A stretch of DNA of 44,978 bases from an uncultured Clostridia bacterium (GTDB lineage: Bacteria > Bacillota > Clostridia > UBA1381): the NCBI GenBank assembly GCA_905236685.1, contig CAJOPD010000058.1, forward strand, positions 1-44,978. The letters are read 5' to 3'. The notes beneath the pieces are model-generated. The model worked only from the letters and a program-made list of their open reading frames with translations, had not been told where the DNA came from and did not search any database. Below are positions 37,518 through 44,978 of the stretch, in pieces. Within the stretch, counting starts at the first letter, position 1, and each line of letters opens with the position of its first letter. A program made the position numbers and the translations under genes.

Positions 37518-37684
37518 TTGCGATAGCGCTCCACCTGCGGTGACAGTACGGCACATATTTTGTGCCGTCCCAAAAAACGCCTTCGGCAAAAAGCATTTTT
37601 TTCGGCGGCGCCTCCTTTTGCCGTTTTCTGTATTGCCGTACATTAAAAAATGGCTACTTTTAAACGCCGCTCCTCTATACACAA
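37518..37684 (-). ncRNA. Lysine riboswitch (L-box)
   Basis: Ordered consensus blocks AGAGGAGC...AGTA...AAAGG...GCCGAA...TGGG...ACTGTCA...TGGAGCGCT. TTGCAT-17-(TGn)TATTAT promoter at 37689-37717. Confidence 0.92.
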
Positions 37685-37765
37685 GGCTATAATAGCATAA
37701 ACATAAAAAAAATGCAACAAAAATATTACTTTTTGTGCATTTTTTCTATATTTTACAAGTTTTTC

Positions 37766-38881
37766 TTATATAACTGTGCCCTTTGCGACAGGCAGCGGAT
37801 AGCTTTCCTGACCTATAAGCGTCTTATTTTCGCCCACAGTTACGCCTTTGTCAAGAACGACATATTCAAGCCGTGAGCCTTTTTCCACCTTCACGCCCTG
37901 CATCAATACCGAATTTTCCACAACCGCGCCCTCTTCTATGGTTACATCGCCCGAAAGAACGCTGTTTATTACCGTTCCGTATATCTTACAGCCGTCTGCT
38001 ATATATGAATTCTGAATTTTTGCATCGCTGCCGTACTTGGTAGGCGGCAAGTCTTTATTTTTGGTATAAATCGGAAGCCCTGAATGAAGCATTTCCTTCT
38101 GCATACCCGCATTTAAGAACAGCATATTGTTGCCGAAATACGAAATCATACTGTCAATCTTGTCAAGGTATCCCTTATGTTCAAAGCCGTAAACACGCAG
38201 TCCCGACATCTTTTTCGCGATGGCGTCCTTTATAAAATCGTGGTTTCCCTTTGAAGAGCTTTCATCTATTATACTTTCCAAAAGCGCCTTTTCCATAACG
38301 AAAACATCTGCTCCCGCACAGGTCCATTTTGGATAATAAGGGCATACTTCTATGTCCATTATCCCCTTTTCTTCATCAACTTCCAAAAGAGTGAAGCGTG
38401 ACAGCTCGCTCTGGTCAACATCTTTCATATCCTTATAGATAACCGTTATATCCGCCTGCTTATCTATATGTTCCTTGATGACTTCCTTAAAATCAATATT
38501 GTAAATACAGTTGCCCAGGGAAAGTATGACATATGTTTCGGGCGCGCGTCTTATAAACTCTCTTATTCCCGTCAAAATATCAAGGTCGCCGCGTATTTCG
38601 TATGCGCTTTTGTTTGCGACATTCGGAGGAAGTATGGTAAGACCTCTGTCCTTTCTGTGCAAATCCCACGGAGACCCCGATTTTATATGGTCCATAAGCG
38701 AAGAATAATTCGCCTCGGTTGCAACGCCGATATTCTGTATTCCTGCGTTTGCCATATCGGAAAGCACAAAATCAATAATTCTGAACCCGCCTGCTATGGG
38801 AAGCGCCGATGCACTGCGGACATCGGTAAGCGGGGGTATGTTTGTGTTGCTTGCTATGATTATTCCCATTGTATCTATCAT
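37766..38881 (-). CDS. glgD: Glucose-1-phosphate adenylyltransferase subunit GlgD
   Basis: LT..R.ASALP.AG.FRIIDF.LS, Y.SLMDH..SG.PWDL.RK, PIYTK; follows glgC. Confidence 0.93.
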   Translation of the reverse strand: MIDTMGIIIASNTNIPPLTDVRSASALPIAGGFRIIDFVLSDMANAGIQNIGVATEANYSSLMDHIKSGSPWDLHRKDRGLTILPPNVANKSAYEIRGDLDILTGIREFIRRAPETYVILSLGNCIYNIDFKEVIKEHIDKQADITVIYKDMKDVDQSELSRFTLLEVDEEKGIMDIEVCPYYPKWTCAGADVFVMEKALLESIIDESSSKGNHDFIKDAIAKKMSGLRVYGFEHKGYLDKIDSMISYFGNNMLFLNAGMQKEMLHSGLPIYTKNKDLPPTKYGSDAKIQNSYIADGCKIYGTVINSVLSGDVTIEEGAVVENSVLMQGVKVEKGSRLEYVVLDKGVTVGENKTLIGQESYPLPVAKGTVI

Positions 38882-38896
38882 TTTTTCTGCCTCCTT

Positions 38897-40105
38897 TTAC
38901 TCAATTTCAACCATTGAGCCTTTTGGAATATCGGTATTTTGAGCTATTGTCGCTCCGCCCTCTATGAGAACCAGCCCGCCTGAGCACATTCCCGAAATAT
39001 ACTTGCTTTCGGGGTCGTCATTGATGCCTGCGCTTACGCCGTCCTCCAAAACCGCTCCTACGCCCACAAGCGTATTTTTGAGCTTTACATTTTTACCTAT
39101 CTTTACATTCGGCATAATTACGCAGTCGCTGACCTCCGAGCCTTCGCCTATCTCTACATTTGAGAAGATAACCGAGTGCGTAACATTTCCGCAAATCGTA
39201 CAGCCCTGCGATACAGTACTGTTTTTGATACGCGCGTTTTCGCCCACATACTGAGGCGCAAGCGCTGTATTCCTTGAATATATATTCCAGCTCTTATTGC
39301 TTATTTCAAAGACTGGCGGTGTGTCCAAAAGGTCCATATTTGCTTCCCAAAGGCTCTGCACCGTTCCGACATCTTTCCAGTACCCTTCAAAGCGGTAGCT
39401 GACCATCTTTTCGCCCTTTTCGAGCATTGCGGGGATAATATTCTTTCCGAAATCGTTTGAGGACGCGGGGTCTCTCTCGTCATCGGTCAGATATTTTTTG
39501 AGTACCGAGTAGTTGAATATATATATTCCCATTGACGCCAGATTGCTCTTGGGATTTTTCGGTTTTTCCTCAAATTCGACGATATTTCCTTCGTCATCTA
39601 CATTCATTATGCCGAACCTGCTCGCTTCCTCCCACGCAACAGGCATAACGGCGATTGTAACGGCGGCATTATTCTGCTCGTGAATTTGAAGCATTTTACC
39701 GTAATGCATTTTGTATATATGGTCGCCCGACAAAATCAAAACCGTTTCAGGATTGAACCTGTCCAAAAAGCTGAGGTTTTGATATATCGCGTTTGCCGTT
39801 CCCTTATACCATTCCCCCGCCTTTGCGCTCTGATACGGCGGCAATACATACACTCCGCCGTTGTTGCGGTTTAAATCCCACGGATTTCCGTTTCCTATAT
39901 AGGTATTTAGGTCGAGAGGCTGATACTGCGTAAGAACTCCCACCGTATCTATGCCCGAATGTACACAGTTTGAAAGAGGAAAGTCAATAATTCTGTACTT
40001 ACCTCCAAACGCCACAGCAGGCTTTGCAACATTTTTAGTCAGGGCTCCCAGCCTGCTCCCCTGACCACCTGCCAAAATCATTGCCACGCATTTCTTCGAG
40101 TTCAT
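38897..40105 (-). CDS. glgC: Glucose-1-phosphate adenylyltransferase
   Basis: [57 protein letters not shown]. Confidence 0.98.
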   Translation of the reverse strand: MNSKKCVAMILAGGQGSRLGALTKNVAKPAVAFGGKYRIIDFPLSNCVHSGIDTVGVLTQYQPLDLNTYIGNGNPWDLNRNNGGVYVLPPYQSAKAGEWYKGTANAIYQNLSFLDRFNPETVLILSGDHIYKMHYGKMLQIHEQNNAAVTIAVMPVAWEEASRFGIMNVDDEGNIVEFEEKPKNPKSNLASMGIYIFNYSVLKKYLTDDERDPASSNDFGKNIIPAMLEKGEKMVSYRFEGYWKDVGTVQSLWEANMDLLDTPPVFEISNKSWNIYSRNTALAPQYVGENARIKNSTVSQGCTICGNVTHSVIFSNVEIGEGSEVSDCVIMPNVKIGKNVKLKNTLVGVGAVLEDGVSAGINDDPESKYISGMCSGGLVLIEGGATIAQNTDIPKGSMVEIE

Positions 40106-40106
40106 T

Positions 40107-42011
40107 TTACTTCTCCTTTTTCTTCATATATATTGCCGAAAGTCCGGGCAAGTCAATTTCTATCTGATACGGCAGCGCCTCTGTCGCCTGCTTGCTCGGT
40201 TTTGACTTATAAACAGTCTTTGTTTCAGGCGTTCCGCCGCCGAAACGCTCCCAATCCGCGTTTAAAACAACTTCATATTCACACTCTGACGGCACATTTA
40301 TTATATATTTCTCTCTCCTTACGGGTGTAAAGTTGGTGCATATTATAACCTGCTCTCCGTCCTCTGCCGTTCTGATATATGAAAGCACCGAATTATCGCA
40401 GTCCTCTGCATTTATCCACGAAAAACCGTCCCAATCGCTGTCATTCTGCCACAGCGGACTGTTATCAAGATAAAAATGATTGATTTCCTTGACATAATTT
40501 TGGAATTTTTTATGCATTTCTATATCCAAAAGGTGCCATTCCAGACCCTCATAGTACCGCCATTCAATGAACTGCGCAATTTCTCCGCCCATAAACATAA
40601 GCTTTTTCCCCGGCATCGAAAGGTAATACGCTAAAAGTGTACGGTAGTTCGCAAACTTTTCCTCATAATTTCCGTACATTTTGTCGATAAGCGATTTTTT
40701 GCCGTGAACAACCTCGTCGTGCGAAAGGGGCAGGATAAAATTCTCCGAATACGCATAACACATTACAAAGGTAAGTAAATTATGGTTCGGTTTCCTGAAA
40801 TACGGGTCCATTGACATATACCGCAAAGTATCGTTCATCCAGCCCATATTCCATTTATAGTTAAAGCCCAGCCCGCCCTTGTCGGCAGGACCCGTAACCA
40901 TACTCCACGCCGTCGATTCCTCGGCAATCATCAAAATGTTCGGGAATTCGGCAAACATCATCTTGTTTAAATTCCGCAGAAAATCTATCGCTTCCAGATT
41001 TTCGTTTCCGCCGTATTTATTCGCTACCCATTCCCCGTCTCTGCGGCTGTAATCGCGGTAAAGCATTGAAGATACCGCGTCTACCCTCAGTCCGTCAAAA
41101 TGGTATTCCTTTACCCAAAAATGCGCTGACGACAAAAGAAATGATATTACCTCGCTTTTTGAATAGTCAAAAACCATAGTGCCCCAGTCTTTATGCTCGC
41201 CCAGTCTTGTGTCGGCATATTCATATGTCGGGGTGCCGTCAAACATATAAAGTCCGTGCAAATCTCTCGGGAAATGCGCCGGAACCCAGTCCATAATTAT
41301 GCCTATCCCGTTTTTGTGGCACTCGTTTACAAGATACATAAGCCCGTCGGGCTCGCCAAACCTCGCTGTCGCGGCAAAATACCCCGTCACCTGATAACCC
41401 CAGGAGCCGTCAAACGGATATTCCAAAAGCGGCATAACCTCGATATGAGTATAGCCCATTTCCTTGACATACGGAATAAGCTCGTCCGCAACTTCGCGGT
41501 ATGTGTAAAGCGTTCCGTCGCTGTGCATTTTCCACGAGGCAAGGTGCATCTCGTAAATATTCATCGGCTTATCGTAAATCGGCACGGTTTCTCTGTTTTT
41601 GAGCCATTCCCCGTCCTCCCAGCAAAAGCTCGGGATATCCTTGACCACCGACGCGGTGTTGGGTCTTAACTCGTTATAAAAGGCGACAGGGTCCGCTTTT
41701 AAAACGGTATTGCCCTTTCTGTCGGTTATCGCATACTTGTAGAGCATACCCTCTTCAATATCGCTGAACTCACCGTACCATATGCCCGTTGTCGCAATTT
41801 TTTGAAGCGGTTTTGCTGTGCCCTGCCACGCGTCAAAATCGCCTGTTAAGCACACTCTTTCCGCCTTTGGCGCCCAGACCGCAAAACGCCAGCCGTTATC
41901 CATTTTATGAGGCCCAAGCATCTCGTATGACCGAAAATTTGTCCCCTCATTATAAAGGTACATCTGAAATTCATCTATGCCCGACCACCGCTGTTCTTTT
42001 TTTTCCGACAT
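40107..42011 (-). CDS. glgB: 1,4-alpha-glucan branching enzyme (GH13)
   Basis: [46 protein letters not shown] 42011 after GGAGG. Confidence 0.97.
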   Translation of the reverse strand: MSEKKEQRWSGIDEFQMYLYNEGTNFRSYEMLGPHKMDNGWRFAVWAPKAERVCLTGDFDAWQGTAKPLQKIATTGIWYGEFSDIEEGMLYKYAITDRKGNTVLKADPVAFYNELRPNTASVVKDIPSFCWEDGEWLKNRETVPIYDKPMNIYEMHLASWKMHSDGTLYTYREVADELIPYVKEMGYTHIEVMPLLEYPFDGSWGYQVTGYFAATARFGEPDGLMYLVNECHKNGIGIIMDWVPAHFPRDLHGLYMFDGTPTYEYADTRLGEHKDWGTMVFDYSKSEVISFLLSSAHFWVKEYHFDGLRVDAVSSMLYRDYSRRDGEWVANKYGGNENLEAIDFLRNLNKMMFAEFPNILMIAEESTAWSMVTGPADKGGLGFNYKWNMGWMNDTLRYMSMDPYFRKPNHNLLTFVMCYAYSENFILPLSHDEVVHGKKSLIDKMYGNYEEKFANYRTLLAYYLSMPGKKLMFMGGEIAQFIEWRYYEGLEWHLLDIEMHKKFQNYVKEINHFYLDNSPLWQNDSDWDGFSWINAEDCDNSVLSYIRTAEDGEQVIICTNFTPVRREKYIINVPSECEYEVVLNADWERFGGGTPETKTVYKSKPSKQATEALPYQIEIDLPGLSAIYMKKKEK

Positions 42012-42226
42012 TACCTGTTTTCCTCCCTGCTCGGCTATGTATTTTCCATATATTATATCATATAAATTTTTGGCGGTAAACACCAAAAAAGTAAATTTTT
42101 GCTATTATTTTTTGTGCAGTTTATACAACTCATTATATCCACCTTTTTTTCTTTTATTTTATACTTTAAGCAAAGCGGCATACTTTTTTTACAAATGTTA
42201 CGGTTATGTAAAATTTTAATATCTTC

Positions 42227-42255
42227 TTGACACGGAAAACAAAATCAGTTAGAAT
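42227..42255 (+). promoter_or_regulatory. sigma-A promoter of rny-ymdB
   Basis: TTGACA-17 nt-TAGAAT. Confidence 0.75.
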
Positions 42256-42395
42256 ATGTATATGCTTGTTATTTCTTAAACTATTTTTTGGGAATGTTGA
42301 ATTTTTCATAATAGTTTATCAAAACAGTTTTTATAGATAGATGATAGCTTACAATTCAATATCCCCATTTAAATTTAACTTACTTTGAAACGGGG

Positions 42396-43958
42396 GTGGA
42401 CGAGATAGAATCATTTGGATTACTTACTGTTATAGCCGTAATTTTTGCCGTACTTAATATTCCCTCCTTCTTTTTGGGAATAAAGTACAGGAAAAAGGTT
42501 GCGGAAGCAAAGCTTGGCTCAGCCGAGGAGGAAGCAAAAAGCATTATTGAAAATGCTAAAAAGAGCGCTAAATCAAAGGCAAGGGAAATTACCATTGAAG
42601 CCAAGGAGGAAAACCAAAAACTGCGTGCCGCTTTTGAGGCGGAAATGAAGGATCGCAGAAAGGAAATTTCCATTCAGGAGAAAAGAATCAATCAAAAAGA
42701 GGAAAATCTTGACAAAAAAAGTGATATTTTAGAGAAAAAAGACCAGTCTTTGAGCCAAAAAATCAAGGACTATGAACGCAAAGCGCTTGAAATTGACGAA
42801 CTCAAAAACAAGCAGCTTGCAGAACTCGAAAGGATTTCCAAAATGTCACAGGCTGAGGCAAAGGCGCTTCTCATTCGCGACTTGGAGGAGGACGCTCGGC
42901 ACGAGGCCGCTATTATGGTTAAAGAAATAGAGCAGGAAGCGAAAGAGACCGCAGAAAAGAAGGCAAAAAATATCGTTGCGTCTTCAATACAAAAGGTTGC
43001 CGCCGACCATGTCGCAGAGGCTACCGTTTCTGTTGTGGCTCTTCCCGCAGATGAAATGAAGGGCAGAATTATCGGAAGAGAAGGCAGAAACATACGCGCA
43101 CTTGAAACTCTTACAGGCGTTGACCTCATAATTGACGATACGCCGGAGGCAGTTATTTTGTCGAGCTTTGACCCTGTGCGCCGCGAAATTGCGCGGATTG
43201 CGCTTGAAAAGCTTATTGTAGACGGCCGTATTCATCCTGCACGCATAGAAGAACTTGTTGAAAAGTCCAAAAAAGAGGTTGACGCAAGAATTAAAGAGGA
43301 AGGCGAAGCCGCATCGCTTGAAACGGGCGTTCACGGACTTCACCCCGAAATCATCAAGCTTTTGGGACGCCTTCATTACAGGACCAGTTACGGTCAGAAT
43401 GTGCTTAAACATTCGATTGAGGTTGCGCATCTTGCGGGAGTTATGGCAGGAGAGCTCGGCGTTGATATTGCACTTGCAAAGCGTGCGGGACTTCTGCACG
43501 ATATAGGAAAGTCGGTGGACCACGAAATAGAGGGCTCTCATGTTACAATCGGCGCAGATATTGCCAAAAAGTATAAGGAAAACGAGATTGTTGTCCACGC
43601 TATTATGGCTCATCACGGCGATGTTGAGGCAAATACCGTCATCGCACAGCTTGTGCAGGCGGCAGATGCTATAAGCGCAGCCCGTCCGGGTGCAAGACGC
43701 GAAAATATTGAAACATATATCAAGCGTTTGCAGCGTCTTGAAGAAATCGCGAATGAGTTTAAGGGCGTTGAAAAATCTTATGCAATCCAGGCAGGAAGAG
43801 AAGTCAGGATTATGGTTAAGCCTGATGTGATAAATGACGACAGTATGCTTTTGGTAGCAAAAGATATCGTTAAAAAGATTGAAGCAGAGCTTGAATATCC
43901 GGGTCAGATTAAGGTTAGCCTTATCCGCGAAACAAGAGCTGTTGATTTTGCAAAATAA
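42396..43958 (+). CDS. rny: Ribonuclease Y
   Basis: N-terminal TM, coiled coil, KH ([14 protein letters not shown]), HD (LLHDIGK), [12 protein letters not shown]. Start uncertain (GTG 42396 or ATA 42405). Confidence 0.98.
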   Translation: MDEIESFGLLTVIAVIFAVLNIPSFFLGIKYRKKVAEAKLGSAEEEAKSIIENAKKSAKSKAREITIEAKEENQKLRAAFEAEMKDRRKEISIQEKRINQKEENLDKKSDILEKKDQSLSQKIKDYERKALEIDELKNKQLAELERISKMSQAEAKALLIRDLEEDARHEAAIMVKEIEQEAKETAEKKAKNIVASSIQKVAADHVAEATVSVVALPADEMKGRIIGREGRNIRALETLTGVDLIIDDTPEAVILSSFDPVRREIARIALEKLIVDGRIHPARIEELVEKSKKEVDARIKEEGEAASLETGVHGLHPEIIKLLGRLHYRTSYGQNVLKHSIEVAHLAGVMAGELGVDIALAKRAGLLHDIGKSVDHEIEGSHVTIGADIAKKYKENEIVVHAIMAHHGDVEANTVIAQLVQAADAISAARPGARRENIETYIKRLQRLEEIANEFKGVEKSYAIQAGREVRIMVKPDVINDDSMLLVAKDIVKKIEAELEYPGQIKVSLIRETRAVDFAK

Positions 43959-43964
43959 TTAGTT

Positions 43965-43997
43965 AAAAACGGTTATCATAATTGGTAACCGTTTTTA
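43965..43997 (+). terminator. Stem-loop between rny and ymdB
   Basis: AAAAACGGTTATCA-TAAT-TGGTAACCGTTTTT. Confidence 0.65.
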
Positions 43998-44015
43998 AAA
44001 CGAACGGAGAATTTT

Positions 44016-44792
44016 ATGAAAATTTTAGCTATCGGCGACATTTTTGGAAGAGCTGGGCGCGACGCCGTTTTTGAGTGGCTTGAACACTCGGGCGGCGAAT
44101 ATGATTTTATAGTTGCCAATGCGGAAAATGCCGCTCACGGCAGGGGGCTTTCAAAACCCGTTTTTGAGGAGCTTTTGCGCGCCGGAATAGACGCCTTTAC
44201 TCTCGGAAATCACGCTTGGGGCTGCCCTGATGTTACCACAATATTGCGCTATAACGAAAATATTGTCCGTCCCGCAAACTTTGAAGGCGATGTTTTGGGC
44301 AGCGGCAGTACCGTTTTGACTGCCAAAAACGGCGCAAAAGTCGGGATTATAAACCTTATAGGCAGGGTATATATGCCCCAGCCCGCAAGCTCGCCCTTTT
44401 ACACGGCAGACGCAGAAATAGAAAAAATCAAGGATAAATGCGACATAATTTTGGTGGATTTTCACGCCGAAGCAACCAGCGAAAAAAATGCTATGGGCTA
44501 CTACCTCGACGGGCGCGTTTCTGCGGTTTTCGGCACGCATACGCATATTCAGACAGCCGACGCGAAAATTTTGCCTAAGGGCACGGGATATATAACAGAC
44601 CTTGGTATGACAGGTCCCGTTATCTCGGTTTTGGGTGTTGATAAAAATATAATAGTTGATAGATTTTTGGGTGGTATCCCGCAAAAATTTGCTGTCGCAG
44701 ACGGAAAACCGCAATTTTGCGGCGCCGTTTTTGAAATTGACGAAAACAGCGGGAAAACTGTCAATATTACAAGAATTTATAAGGAATTTTGA
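44016..44792 (+). CDS. ymdB: YmdB / TIGR00282-family metallophosphoesterase
   Basis: GDIFG, NAENAAHG, TLGNH, RPAN, DFHAEATSEK, GTHTH, TDLGMTG; follows rny. Confidence 0.95.
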   Translation: MKILAIGDIFGRAGRDAVFEWLEHSGGEYDFIVANAENAAHGRGLSKPVFEELLRAGIDAFTLGNHAWGCPDVTTILRYNENIVRPANFEGDVLGSGSTVLTAKNGAKVGIINLIGRVYMPQPASSPFYTADAEIEKIKDKCDIILVDFHAEATSEKNAMGYYLDGRVSAVFGTHTHIQTADAKILPKGTGYITDLGMTGPVISVLGVDKNIIVDRFLGGIPQKFAVADGKPQFCGAVFEIDENSGKTVNITRIYKEF

Positions 44793-44854
44793 TGCGGAAA
44801 TTTCTTTATTTATAAAATTCATACCCGTATCACAAATTTTTATGGGATATTGTA

Positions 44855-44883
44855 TTGACTTTTGATTTTCTTTAATGTATAAT
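44855..44883 (+). promoter_or_regulatory. sigma-A promoter of tRNA-Pro
   Basis: TTGACT-17 nt-TATAAT. Confidence 0.8.
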
Positions 44884-44901
44884 GTAAAAAGTCAGCAAAA
44901 A

Positions 44902-44977
44902 CGGGATGTAGCGCAGTTGGTAGCGCACACGTCTGGGGGGCGTGATGCCGCAGGTTCAAGTCCTGTCATCCCGACCA
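44902..44977 (+). tRNA. tRNA-Pro (anticodon GGG)
   Basis: Acceptor CGGGATG/CATCCCG, D stem GCGC/GCGC, anticodon stem CACGT/GCGTG with loop CT-GGG-GG, T arm GCAGG-TTCAAGT-CCTGT, encoded CCA. Confidence 0.97.
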
Positions 44978-44978
44978 A

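Noticed and set aside
37451..37573. 41-aa N-terminal extension of the NhaC ORF
   Set aside because: It overlaps the riboswitch and its terminator; the strong RBS is at ATG 37450.
40136..40150. GAAAGTCCGGGC resembling the RNase P RNA signature
   Set aside because: It lies antisense within the glgB 3' end and no other RNase P elements are present.
42984..44822. Long antisense ORFs (210 aa and 223 aa) and similar shadow ORFs throughout the window
   Set aside because: They mirror well-conserved genes (rny, ymdB, ecfA, rho) and show no motifs or RBS.
1..44978. CRISPR arrays, intact transposases, integrases, prophage or defence genes
   Set aside because: No repeat-spacer array and no recognisable protein of these classes was seen.

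Overview
Chromosomal segment of a spore-forming Clostridia-type Firmicute, judged from spoIIID, yqfC/yqfD, ylbJ, dacF, SCIFF, glgBCD, rny-ymdB and a dockerin protein. The first ~8.8 kb is an AT-richer accessory patchwork: a partial AraC gene, an Asp-box sialidase-like gene, an HTH-less membrane/zinc-ribbon gene, a nucleotidyltransferase, a NeuD/PglD-type acetyltransferase, an MGMT gene cut off by an AraC-nagB-like-nagA-Gfo/Idh/MocA cassette, and a ~200 nt structured non-coding element that resembles an IS110-type non-coding end with no recombinase. The rest is mostly core genome: spoIIID, pdxK, rpsT, yqfC-yqfD-phoH-ybeY-dgkA-era-yqzL-recO, ECF-truA-rho-dacF, a lysine riboswitch with an NhaC-family transporter, glgBCD, rny-ymdB and tRNA-Pro. 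The best find is a SCIFF/ranthipeptide locus whose precursor is a head-to-tail fusion of two leader+core cassettes (87 aa, 14 Cys), with Gly at the position of the canonical cross-link acceptor Thr. All calls were made by eye; no searches were run.
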